A DNA stretch of 32,000 bases from assembly GCA_026625185.1 (NCBI GenBank), contig CP113000.1:675622-707621 (forward strand), given 5' to 3'. The position numbers and the translations under genes were made by a program. The stretch comes from Thermodesulfobacteriota bacterium. GTDB lineage: Bacteria; Desulfobacterota; WTBG01; JAGOGO01. A model generated the notes under the pieces. It did not search any database. It was not told where the DNA came from and was given only the letters and a program-made list of their open reading frames with translations. This document shows positions 9,098-17,964 of the stretch, one piece after another (the stretch's first letter is position 1; every line of letters starts with the position of its first letter).

Positions 9098-9739
9098 ATG
9101 ATTGAACCTTATCCTTTAAACCTGCTTCTTAATAATAGAGCGGTCGCGGTGATTGGGGGGGGTGGAGTCGCCGAGCGGAAGGTCTTGAGTCTTCTCGACA
9201 CCGGGGCCAAAATTACCGTGATTGCACCGAAAGCAACCAAAAAAATCAAATCATTAGCCGCAAAAAAAAAGATAGTTTTAAAGCTCAGAAATTTTGTTCA
9301 TGATGATTTAAAGGGCAAACTTTTGATCTTCGCGGCCACGAATTCAGATGAGGTTAACAAGCAGGTTTCTCGCTCAGCCCGCAAAAAAGGCATCCTGGTA
9401 AACTGTGTTGACGACCCTAAGGAATGTGATTTTTTTGTTCCTTCATTTTTTCGGCGGGGAAGTCTTTTGCTTGCGGTATCCACGGGAGGTAAGATACCGG
9501 CTTTAGCAAAAAAGATCAGAAGGGATATCGAGCTTTCTTACGGAGCACTATTCGCGGAGTATGTAAAGTTACTCGCCAAGGCGCGAGGCGCAATCTACCG
9601 CAATACTTCATTAAGTTTTCAGAAAAAAAGAGATTTGATCGAAAAAATGATCGAGAGCAACATATTATCCCTGCTCAAAAAGGGAAAAAAGGAAGAAGCC
9701 TCAAAGATTATCCGGGAGTTTTTACAAAAAAATCTTTAG
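9098..9739 (+). CDS. Precorrin-2 dehydrogenase / sirohydrochlorin ferrochelatase (siroheme synthase N-terminal domain type, SirC/Met8-like)
   Basis: 213 aa. The Rossmann motif is AVAVIGGGGVAERKVLSLLDTGAKITVIAP. Size and layout match the CysG N-terminal domain family. Confidence 0.8.
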   Translation: MIEPYPLNLLLNNRAVAVIGGGGVAERKVLSLLDTGAKITVIAPKATKKIKSLAAKKKIVLKLRNFVHDDLKGKLLIFAATNSDEVNKQVSRSARKKGILVNCVDDPKECDFFVPSFFRRGSLLLAVSTGGKIPALAKKIRRDIELSYGALFAEYVKLLAKARGAIYRNTSLSFQKKRDLIEKMIESNILSLLKKGKKEEASKIIREFLQKNL

Positions 9740-9806
9740 CTGGGTTTACGATTTTCCTTCAAACAATTCCACAACGCGGAGCTAAGCGGCGCGGCTTTTT
9801 TTTAGA

Positions 9807-10037
9807 TTATTCTTCGCCAAGAGATTCAAGGTCTGCGAGATCTTTTTTGCGGCCGATTGCCCGTTGAATAACTCGAACAACTCTTTGAAGTCTTGCTGTG
9901 CTTCCATAATATTGTTTTCTCAGATAATCGACAGTTGCGACGCGTTCTTCCGCAGGACGGCTCAACCAGTACAAAAGATCATCCTTTGCAGATTGAAGAC
10001 TATGAAGATCGCTTTTGCGAACAACTTTTTTAATCAT
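9807..10037 (-). CDS. Small hypothetical protein (possible deletion derivative, see findings)
   Basis: 76-aa ORF. The N-terminal part is DLLYWLSRPAEERVATVDYLRKQYYG...LQRVVRVIQ and the C-terminal tail is GRKKDLADLESL. Confidence 0.4.
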   Translation of the reverse strand: MIKKVVRKSDLHSLQSAKDDLLYWLSRPAEERVATVDYLRKQYYGSTARLQRVVRVIQRAIGRKKDLADLESLGEE

Positions 10038-10228
10038 AATTAATAATTATCATGAATTCATGCATATTGATACAGTTCTTTCGCCGAACGATGAGTTGAG
10101 CCGCGAGCTTGCAAGTCGGCTCCAACGCCTTGGGCAATGCCTTTTCTCTCGCTGTTTTCTTCTGTTAACGACTGGCCCGTCTCCGATTGTGCTCAGGCGG
10201 TTTGCTGTTTCTCTCCTTTTTGGCGCTA

Positions 10229-10672
10229 TTAATCTCGGCAGTATATTTCAAACCAGAATTCACTTGGAACATGGCCCGTTTCTTCGTCATCACAACTGGA
10301 GTCAATATTGACGTAGATATTGCATAAACGGTTCCCTTTTTCGTAGGCAAACGACGAACTACCGTGACCATCAGCCTGATACCTTGCAACATATCTCCAG
10401 CTACTTGCGGAGAACATTCTTTCCATTGTCTCAAAAGGATCTGAAGTTTTTCCTAGTCTACCGTTTCCCTTTAGGCAGAATGTAAAATATTTTCCTTCTT
10501 CCAAGTTATCAGGCAATTTCACATGAGACACATTGACTTCTGTCTGGAATGTCTTGACAGCAACTGAACGTAATTCATGAACCCATTTGGGGAACTCTGA
10601 ATTGTCAGCGGCTTTACTTACTTGATGCATCAAAGCCAGAATGAGGATGAATAGAGTGGCGGTTCTTTTCAT
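10229..10672 (-). CDS. Secreted hypothetical protein
   Basis: 147 aa with an N-terminal signal peptide MKRTATLFILILALMHQVSKA/AD. No recognised family. Confidence 0.6.
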   Translation of the reverse strand: MKRTATLFILILALMHQVSKAADNSEFPKWVHELRSVAVKTFQTEVNVSHVKLPDNLEEGKYFTFCLKGNGRLGKTSDPFETMERMFSASSWRYVARYQADGHGSSSFAYEKGNRLCNIYVNIDSSCDDEETGHVPSEFWFEIYCRD

Positions 10673-10956
10673 ATCGGAAGTTCCCTTTCTTATCCAACGA
10701 TTAGACTCCCGGAAAAATTAAATTTCTTTCTGTGCCCAACATTTACTTTTATGGTATTGTGTTGAAAAAATATATCGAATAATAAAAGAGATGTCAATAT
10801 TTAAGTGCTTGACTTAGATGGAGTTTTTGATATACATTATATAAAAGTCGCGGGAGGGAATAAGAAACATGAATTTAAGAATTATCTTCTTTCAATAAAC
10901 TAAGACTATTGGCAGGGAAAAACTGGTGGATTATGCTTATGCAGAGGAAAGGAAAG

Positions 10957-11913
10957 ATGGAAAAAACATATATGAGTAAGTGGTTCATAGCTGTCTGTAT
11001 ATCCTGGCTGCAGCTTTTAATTTTGATTTTCCCTTTTACCCTGCGCGCTGAAAATGTTTCGGTGATCACCACCATTTTCCCTTTAAAAGAATTCGCTCAA
11101 GCAGTCGGGGGCGAACAGGTAGAAGTTACTCAGCTTCTTCCTCCAGGGGCTGAAGCTCATACCTGGGAGCCAAAGCCGAGTGATATTGTGAGGCTTTCCC
11201 GGGCGGACATTTTTATTTACACGGGGGCAGAGATGGAGCCCTGGGTTTCCGGGATTTTAAAGACAATAGAAAATCCGAAATTAGTTATTATTGAAGCGAG
11301 CCAGGGATTGCCACTCCTGAGGGCTGATCAAGCCGAAGCAATAGGTGGAGAACATCACCATAGCCAGGAATCTATGCATGGGAGGTTTGATCCCCATATC
11401 TGGCTTAACTTTGATTTTGACCAGAAGATTGTTGATAAAATTACCGAAGCTTTAAGCAAAAAGGACCCGGAAGTAATTTTGCGTTACCAAAGGAATGCGG
11501 AAGCATACAAAGCAAAACTTCGGGACATTGATCTGAGATATCTAAAGGGGTTGGGGAAGTGTGATTCTAAAGAAGTTGTTCTGGGAAGTCATGCCGCCTT
11601 TGCTTACTTGGCTCAACAGTATGGTCTCAGGCAGATTTCGCTTTACGGAATAAGTCCCAATGCTGAGCCAACGCCGAAAAAGATGGCTGAAGTAATCGCG
11701 TGCGCTAAAAAATATCACGCCCAAGCGATTTACTATGAGGAACTGGTGAGCGATAAACTTGCGAAAACGATTGCTCAAGAAACAGGAGCAAAAACCTTAG
11801 TTCTCAGCACCGGTGAAAACCTGACCCAAAAACAGATCGAGACGAAGGTTACTTTTTTAGCCCTGATGGAGCAAAACCTGGAGAATTTAAGATATGGACT
11901 TAGCTGCAAATAA
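10957..11913 (+). CDS. znuA: Metal (Zn/Mn-type) ABC transporter substrate-binding protein, ZnuA/TroA family
   Basis: Cluster A-I SBP features are present: ITTIFPL, PPGAEAHTWEP, DPHIWLN, and a short His-rich loop GGEHHHSQESMHG. It is followed by cognate ATPase and permease genes. The start is set at ATG M17 (MEKTYMSKWF..., signal-like); the exact start is uncertain. Confidence 0.85.
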   Translation: MEKTYMSKWFIAVCISWLQLLILIFPFTLRAENVSVITTIFPLKEFAQAVGGEQVEVTQLLPPGAEAHTWEPKPSDIVRLSRADIFIYTGAEMEPWVSGILKTIENPKLVIIEASQGLPLLRADQAEAIGGEHHHSQESMHGRFDPHIWLNFDFDQKIVDKITEALSKKDPEVILRYQRNAEAYKAKLRDIDLRYLKGLGKCDSKEVVLGSHAAFAYLAQQYGLRQISLYGISPNAEPTPKKMAEVIACAKKYHAQAIYYEELVSDKLAKTIAQETGAKTLVLSTGENLTQKQIETKVTFLALMEQNLENLRYGLSCK

Positions 11914-12658
11914 TGAGCCTCTGGTTTCGGTAAAGAATATTTCCTTTAGTTTTGGCTCAACCAAGGTACTGGAAGATATTAACCTCTCCATAACCCAGGG
12001 TGATTTTTTAGCCGTCATTGGTCCTAATGGATCAGGGAAAAGCACTTTGGTGAAAATAATTTTAAGAATATACGAGCCCGGAAATGGGAGCATTGTGCTT
12101 CTGGGAGAGGACCTTAAAAATTTTGAACAGTGGGATAAGATTGGTTATGTTCCTCAGAAAGCTACTAACATCGACCCCTTTTTTCCGGTTTCAGTCCGGG
12201 AAGTAGTGGGTATGGGGCTTTTGTCGAAAAAAAGCTTCCCTCGTTTTTTACTGAGAAGAGATGAAAAAATCATTGATCAAGCTCTCGAACAGGTGGATTT
12301 AAAAGATTTTAAAAGTCGCCGAATTGGTGAACTATCGGGAGGGCAGCAACAGAGGGTTTTTATTGCCCGGGCGATTGTTAACCAGCCGTCTCTTCTTTTT
12401 CTGGACGAGCCTACGACCGGTGTTGATGCTGAAACGCAAGAAAGGTTTTACTCGATGCTGGGAACGTTAAATCAAGCCCATCAGATCACCATCGTACTTA
12501 TCACCCACGACTTGGGTATCCTTAATAAGCACGTAAACAAGATCGCCTGTTTGAATCAACGATTGGTTTTCCATGGAATGCATGATGATTTTTGCAACTC
12601 AGAGTTGGTTCAGGAGTTGCTCCGGGGTGAGCATCACTTAGTCTGCCATCGGCATTAA
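11894..12658 (+). CDS. znuC: Metal ABC transporter ATP-binding protein, ZnuC-like
   Basis: Walker A GPNGSGKST, signature LSGGQQQR, Walker B LLFLDEPTTGVD. It overlaps the upstream SBP gene by 20 nt. Confidence 0.9.
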   Translation: MDLAANNEPLVSVKNISFSFGSTKVLEDINLSITQGDFLAVIGPNGSGKSTLVKIILRIYEPGNGSIVLLGEDLKNFEQWDKIGYVPQKATNIDPFFPVSVREVVGMGLLSKKSFPRFLLRRDEKIIDQALEQVDLKDFKSRRIGELSGGQQQRVFIARAIVNQPSLLFLDEPTTGVDAETQERFYSMLGTLNQAHQITIVLITHDLGILNKHVNKIACLNQRLVFHGMHDDFCNSELVQELLRGEHHLVCHRH

Positions 12659-12669
12659 GGATTGATTAA

Positions 12670-13488
12670 ATGGAAGATATTCTCACCTATGGCTTTATGC
12701 AGCGGGCCTTGGTTGCCGGGGTTTTTATCTCCATAGCCTGTGCCATTCTTGGGGTTTTTCTGGTGCTTAAAAGGGATGCAATGCTTGGCCATGGTTTATC
12801 CCATGTGACGTTTGGAGGCGTTGCCTTGGGGCTTTTTTTGGGAATCAAGCCTTTGCTGATGGCTTTGGTGGTGGCGGTGTTTTGTTCAGTGATTATCCAG
12901 AAATTACGAGAAAAGGCGGGCCTCTATGAAGATACAGCGATTGGAATATTCAGCAGCACCGGAATGGCCATAGGAATTATTTTGGTGACTTTGTCCGGGA
13001 AATTCAACGTAGACCTTTTTAGCTATCTCTTTGGCAATATTCTGGCGATAGAAAGGTTTGAGGTGGTGATAGCGGTTTTTTTAGCTGTAACCGTTATTAT
13101 GGTTATTTCTTTTTTTTATCAAGAATTGCTTTATCAGACCTTTGATGCGGAAGCAGCGCGGACCTCGGGAATCCGAATAGGTTTTTTGGATGCAGTGTTA
13201 GCGGTGTTGACTTCGATAACTGTTGTCATTGGCATGAAAGTAGTGGGCATTCTATTAGTAGCCGCCCTACTGGTTATTCCCTCGGCTGCCGGCTTGCAGA
13301 TAGCAAAAACGTTTCGCCAGGCAGTCATAATCTCATCGGTGGTCTCTATTGGTTCAGTGATCGCAGGTCTTTTTGCGGCGTTTTATTGGGATCTGCCTGC
13401 GGCAGGAACAACAGTGGTCGTAGCTTTCTTGGTTTTTCTTGCGTTCGGCACCCTACGAATATTAAAAAAAAGAGGTGTGCTTGAATGA
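12670..13488 (+). CDS. znuB: Metal ABC transporter permease, ZnuB-like
   Basis: 272-aa polytopic membrane protein. The N-terminal motif FMQRALVAG and its operon position fit the ABC-3 family. Confidence 0.88.
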   Translation: MEDILTYGFMQRALVAGVFISIACAILGVFLVLKRDAMLGHGLSHVTFGGVALGLFLGIKPLLMALVVAVFCSVIIQKLREKAGLYEDTAIGIFSSTGMAIGIILVTLSGKFNVDLFSYLFGNILAIERFEVVIAVFLAVTVIMVISFFYQELLYQTFDAEAARTSGIRIGFLDAVLAVLTSITVVIGMKVVGILLVAALLVIPSAAGLQIAKTFRQAVIISSVVSIGSVIAGLFAAFYWDLPAAGTTVVVAFLVFLAFGTLRILKKRGVLE

Positions 13489-13644
13489 AAGTCCCGTTAG
13501 ATATTAAATATCTTACCGGGCAAGCGGGGTACCATTAAAGATTCTTACACTTTTTTTCATACTGGACGGGGTAAATTCCCCGGGTGAAAGCCTTTTAACG
13601 GGGTTTATTAAAGTCTAATTGGCGAGTTTGAAGCCCCTTTTTTG

Positions 13645-13673
13645 TTGCACGTTTTATGAAAAAACATTATTAT
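13645..13673 (+). promoter_or_regulatory. Candidate sigma-70 promoter for tRNA-Ser(UGA)
   Basis: TTGCAC (13645-13650), a 17-nt spacer, then TATTAT (13668-13673), about 12 nt upstream of the tRNA 5' end. Confidence 0.3.
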
Positions 13674-13685
13674 ATAATAATAATC

Positions 13686-13770
13686 GGAGGGATGGCCGAG
13701 TGGCTTAAGGCGGCGGTCTTGAAAACCGCTTCTCAGAAATGGGACGTGGGTTCGAATCCTACTCCCTCCG
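13686..13770 (+). tRNA. tRNA-Ser (anticodon UGA)
   Basis: 85 nt. Acceptor GGAGGGA/TCCCTCC, anticodon stem GCGGT/ACCGC with loop CTTGAAA, long variable arm, T-loop GGTTCGAATCC. No encoded CCA. Confidence 0.93.
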
Positions 13771-13943
13771 TTTTCTTATGTTCGTGGTTTTGAAATCTTT
13801 TCCTACTTGACACAGAACATATAAAAATGAAATAGTTCCTTTTTCCCCTGGGGATGGTAAGGAATTCGGCAAAAAAAGGCGCTTTCCTTGTCAATTATCT
13901 AAAAAAACTATATTGTTGCTAAAGAACTGAAAATGCAATCAGC

Positions 13944-14036
13944 GGAGAGATGGCCGAGTAGGTCGAAGGCGCTCGCCTGCTAAGCGAGTGTATGCCGAAA
14001 GGTGTACCGAGGGTTCGAATCCCTCTCTCTCCGCCA
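13944..14036 (+). tRNA. tRNA-Ser (anticodon GCU), CCA encoded
   Basis: 93 nt. Acceptor GGAGAGA/TCTCTCC, anticodon stem CTCGC/GCGAG with loop CTGCTAA, long variable arm, T-loop GGTTCGAATCC, terminal GCCA. Confidence 0.93.
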
Positions 14037-14194
14037 TTTATTTTTTGTTTCTACCTGTATTTTCCGCAGAAGATGGTTTGTCCTTGGGCAATAAAAAAAG
14101 CTTCACGTCCAAAACGTTAACCACAACTTTAAGGCTTTTTTAAAAATTTTCGCAGAAAAATGGCTGACCCCGGCCAAGGGCATTGAGCGATTTC

Positions 14195-14593
14195 TTAGCG
14201 TTCTTTTTGTACGGGCCACTGGTCTCTCTCTTTGAGAACCTCCCGGAAGGCTTTAAGGGCAGAGTTCACCACCGGCATTCCCGCATAGGTTGCCATCTGA
14301 AACATTACTTCCGCAATTTCTTCAGGAGAACATCCAACATTCAACCCCGCGTAAATATGTAACTTTAGTTCATCAATCCGTTCAAGCACAGTGAGGGCGG
14401 AAATAGTAGTTAGTTGTCGAATTTTGTGCGGGATCTTCTCGTGAGCGTACAATTGCCCCGTGATAAAAAGAGAGAATTCCCGGGCCAAATCCGGATCAAA
14501 AGCCTGCCAAAGCTCGTATGGCCTTTCACCTTTCCAACCCTTAAAATAAAGGTCAGCGGTCTTTTTGGTTTTTTCTTTTATTTCTTGCGTCAT
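14195..14593 (-). CDS. Carboxymuconolactone decarboxylase (CMD/AhpD-like) family protein
   Basis: Helical ~130-aa protein with DPDLAREFSLFITGQLY and TYAGMPVVNSALKAF segments typical of the CMD family. The start is set at ATG M39 (MTQEIKEK...), preceded by aaggtga. The N-terminal 38 codons of the track ORF look non-coding. Confidence 0.7.
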   Translation of the reverse strand: MTQEIKEKTKKTADLYFKGWKGERPYELWQAFDPDLAREFSLFITGQLYAHEKIPHKIRQLTTISALTVLERIDELKLHIYAGLNVGCSPEEIAEVMFQMATYAGMPVVNSALKAFREVLKERDQWPVQKER

Positions 14594-14873
14594 GGGTTCA
14601 CCTTGTATTTCCTGTTTTCTCCATTTATAATAGGAAACGATTAGACAAATAGGCCGAGTCCGCCTTGAACTGGTTGGAAGTATAGGGTTCACAAAAAGAA
14701 GTGTCAAGGAAAGAACTTTATCTTTTACCCCGTTTAAAAATCTTCTAACGGGGTTTACAGAATGTAAAGAAACCTGGCAGAAAATTTTAATAAAAGAGTT
14801 TTTTCTTCTATCGTTTGATTTTAATTACTGGTTAAAATTAAGTAACTTGTCAGCTATCGCTTAAAAAACCCCT

Positions 14874-14889
14874 TGGCATATCAGTTGCT
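14874..14889 (+). promoter_or_regulatory. Sigma-54 (-24/-12) promoter match upstream of gcdA
   Basis: TGGCAT-atcag-TTGCT has the exact consensus spacing (TGGCAC-N5-TTGCW). It is intergenic and oriented toward gcdA (ATG 15369). Confidence 0.55.
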
Positions 14890-15368
14890 TTCTTTGCCCG
14901 GGAAGAATAAACGGATAGTAAGAAAAAGACAGACAAAAGATATTTTTAGCCTTATTTTTAATAGACTTGACAAGGTAAAATGAAATGATAAAGTGAATGC
15001 TCCTCATTCATCTTATTATCCAATTAATAATATAAGAAGCAGCAGTGTCCCAACGTTAATCAAATATGGACAACTGTTTATAGTTTTGCTGAACGTGAAT
15101 CGGCGCAGGTGAATTTTTTGAGTTTGTAATCGCCCTGGTATCCGGTAACGCATGTTTGAAATCGTCTCCATGGAAAAACATCCATGAGTTGGGTAAAGAT
15201 CGTAGAACCTGCAAACAGTTGCCTCTCCTTTCTTTTGGAATGAGGCAAAATAATAGTCTAAAATTAAAGTCGATGCAGGTGCTTTTTCTTTGCAGCTAAT
15301 TGATGCTTTATTGTTTTTAGCCTAATTTTAATAAAACGTTGGGACGTTAATTTAATGAGGTATGATTA

Positions 15369-17102
15369 ATGCGACCATATTTTGAAAAAATGACCGACCT
15401 CGGGAAGCCACTATCTGATGTCCATAAAAAAAGGATGGAAGAAAGTGTTAACCAGATAAAACAGGTTGAAAAGGAACTGGCGGAAGCAGTAGCAAAGGTA
15501 AAAAGTGCCGGTCTTCCTGTCGAGATCATTAATAAACGGGGTGAATGGACCGTGTATCAAAGGCTCGAGTATATCCTTGATCCCGGAACGTGGTGTCCGC
15601 TCCATACCCTGTATGATCCAATGGAAGAGGAATCGGGAACCACCGGTGTTGTTGATGGATTAGGAAGGATAGGAGGCAAATGGGCGGTTATTATCGGGTT
15701 TGATAATAAGGTCATGGCCGGAGCCTGGATTGCCGGTCAGGCGGAGAATATCCTACGAGTTACCGATTTATCTAAAAGACTTCATGTTCCTTTGGTTTGG
15801 CTGGTAAACTGCAGTGGCGTGAAACTCCCCGAACAGGAAAAAGTCTACGCCAACAGGAGAGGAAATGGAACTACCTTCTTTCGACATGCGGAACTCGAAA
15901 AACTGGGTATCCCGGTCCTCGCGGGTATCTGGGGAACGAACCCAGCGGGAGGAGGTTATCAGGGAATAAGCCCTACCTACCTTTTAGCTCATAAGAACTG
16001 CAATATTGCAGTGGGCGGCGCGGGAATCGTAAGTGGAATGAGTCCCAAGGGATATTTTGATTTGGAAGGTGCGGAACAAATCATTAACGCTACGAAAAAT
16101 TTCAAGGAAGTTCCTCCGGGGCGGGTAGAGATTCATTACAATTCTACTGGTTTCTTTAAAGCAGTGTATGATACGGAAGAAGGAGTTTTAGATGGTCTGA
16201 AAGACCTTATGAAAGGGATGCCTGTCTATGACCCTAAATTTTTCCGGGTGGCAGAGCCAAAAGAACCCCGTTTGTCTCCCGGCGAAATTGAATACTTTGT
16301 TCCCTTTAACCAGAAGATGGCCTACAGTTTTGAAGAGATTCTTGCCCGGCTCACGGATAACAGCGAACATATGGAATTTAGGCCTGACTATGGGTTCGAA
16401 GTTTACACCGGGTTAGCAAAGATTGATGGTTTTTTAGTTGGGATCATTGGAAATCGTCAGGGACTTTTGCCCAAAGGGTATCCTGAATATGCCCCTTATC
16501 CGGGGATCGGCGGCAAAATCTATCGGCAGGGTTTGATTAAGATGAATGAATTTGTAACCCTTTGCGGAAGAGACCGGGTTCCGATTATCTGGTTTCAAGA
16601 CACTTCCGGGATTGATGTGGGAGACATTGCCGAGAAAGCTGAGCTTTTGGGTTTAGGGCAATCGCTGATCTATTCGATCGAACAGACTGATGTGCCGCAG
16701 ATGCTGGTGGTTTTAAGGAAGGGGACCGCAGCTGCTCATTACATCATGGGGGGCCCCACCGCGAATAACCATAACGCCTTTACCCTCGGAACCCCTACAA
16801 CCGAAATTTACGTCATGCATGGCGAGACGGCATCCGTGGCTTCGTTTGCCAGAAGACTGGTTAAAGAAAAAGAGTCCGGCAATCCCTTAGAGCCGATAAT
16901 TGATAAAATGAACGCTTTGGCGGTAGAGTATTATAAAAAGTCCCGACCAGCTTACTGTGCCAAGACCGGATTTGTTGATGAGGTAGTTTCTTTTGCGGAT
17001 ATCCGTAAGTATATGGTGGCTTTTACCGATTGTGTCTACCAGAATCCGCTCTCTATTTGTCCTCACCACCACATGATGCTTCCAAGAATTATAAAAGGGT
17101 AA
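15369..17102 (+). CDS. gcdA: Glutaconyl-CoA decarboxylase alpha subunit-like carboxyltransferase
   Basis: 577 aa. Long collinear blocks match my recollection of Acidaminococcus GcdA: YFEKM..GKPL, LHVPLV.L.NCSGVK..EQEKVY.NRRG.GT.FFR.AEL, GIPV..GI.GTNPAGGGY, MNEFVTLC.RDR.PI.W.QDT.GIDVG, ICP.H.M.LPR. Confidence 0.8.
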   Translation: MRPYFEKMTDLGKPLSDVHKKRMEESVNQIKQVEKELAEAVAKVKSAGLPVEIINKRGEWTVYQRLEYILDPGTWCPLHTLYDPMEEESGTTGVVDGLGRIGGKWAVIIGFDNKVMAGAWIAGQAENILRVTDLSKRLHVPLVWLVNCSGVKLPEQEKVYANRRGNGTTFFRHAELEKLGIPVLAGIWGTNPAGGGYQGISPTYLLAHKNCNIAVGGAGIVSGMSPKGYFDLEGAEQIINATKNFKEVPPGRVEIHYNSTGFFKAVYDTEEGVLDGLKDLMKGMPVYDPKFFRVAEPKEPRLSPGEIEYFVPFNQKMAYSFEEILARLTDNSEHMEFRPDYGFEVYTGLAKIDGFLVGIIGNRQGLLPKGYPEYAPYPGIGGKIYRQGLIKMNEFVTLCGRDRVPIIWFQDTSGIDVGDIAEKAELLGLGQSLIYSIEQTDVPQMLVVLRKGTAAAHYIMGGPTANNHNAFTLGTPTTEIYVMHGETASVASFARRLVKEKESGNPLEPIIDKMNALAVEYYKKSRPAYCAKTGFVDEVVSFADIRKYMVAFTDCVYQNPLSICPHHHMMLPRIIKG

Positions 17103-17186
17103 AAAATCCTCAATAAAGGGCAAGAATAATTTTGCTTTAAAAATTTTATCTGAAAAGTCTTAAATCATAGGATTCTCGGAAAAAAT

Positions 17187-17387
17187 TTATTTTTCTTCCC
17201 ACTCGAGGCATTCGACTGGGCATTCGTTTATCGCTTCCTGAATTTTGCTTTCTTCATCACCCGTGGGGTCAATTATCTCATATACCCCTTCATCATTCAA
17301 AGTAAATACCCTGGGTGCGATTTCCGCACATAGCCCACACCCAATGCATTTTTCCTGATCGATATAGAGTCCCCGCTTCATAAACAC
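17187..17387 (-). CDS. Small single-cluster ferredoxin
   Basis: 66 aa with CIGCGLCAEIAP ... CPVECLEW. This Cys pattern is typical of mono-cluster [3Fe-4S]/[4Fe-4S] ferredoxins. Confidence 0.85.
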   Translation of the reverse strand: MFMKRGLYIDQEKCIGCGLCAEIAPRVFTLNDEGVYEIIDPTGDEESKIQEAINECPVECLEWEEK

Positions 17388-17420
17388 CCTTCCTTTTTCT
17401 TATCGAAGGCAGTGTGCTGT

Positions 17421-17642
17421 CTAAACTGACTCCACCCGGATAGTTTGGGACACTTTTTCTTTCAATATTCTTTCAATACCTTGCTTAAGAGTCATTTGTG
17501 ACATTGGACAGCTACCGCAGGCACCGGTTAGTTTTACTTTTACAACTCCCTGATCGCTTACGTCCACCAATTCCGCGTCCCCACCATCAGCTTGAAGCGA
17601 AGGTCTAATCTGATCTAAAGCTTTTTTGACTTCTTCTTTCAT
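17421..17642 (-). CDS. NifU C-terminal domain (Nfu-like) Fe-S scaffold/carrier protein
   Basis: 73 aa containing [17 protein letters not shown] ... [15 protein letters not shown]. Confidence 0.9.
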   Translation of the reverse strand: MKEEVKKALDQIRPSLQADGGDAELVDVSDQGVVKVKLTGACGSCPMSQMTLKQGIERILKEKVSQTIRVESV

Positions 17643-17964
17643 GGTCTACTCCTTATTTATGAATAATTGTTTATAACAACATAATTTTTTGTTTACGAAA
17701 GTCAAGTAAGAAAGTAAAAAGGTTTCCCTAACAAAACTAAATTCAAAAGTCAATGATCATTTTTCTTTCATTATTCGCTTTATATTCCTGAAGGAGAATC
17801 TAATTTTTAAAAAAGGATTGAAATCAAACAGGATTTGTAGTAAAAACCGATTACCATGATTGACGGCTTCGTAAAAAGTCCCGCTTTGCATCTGCAGCTT
17901 TTTACTGTGCCGTCTGATTTTCTACTTTTTTTTGGAGGGCCATCTCCCCTAAAAGGTTTTTTGC

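Noticed and set aside
10680-10956. Search for a Zur or Fur box upstream of the znuA-like gene
   Set aside because: Only weak AT-rich pseudo-palindromes are present (e.g. aagaattatcttctt, gatatacattatata). None matches a known Zur consensus convincingly.
13686-13770. Long-variable-arm tRNA checked as a possible tRNA-Sec
   Set aside because: The anticodon loop reads CTTGAAA (anticodon UGA, serine), not UCA. The acceptor and T arms have the standard 7/5 geometry, so it is tRNA-Ser.
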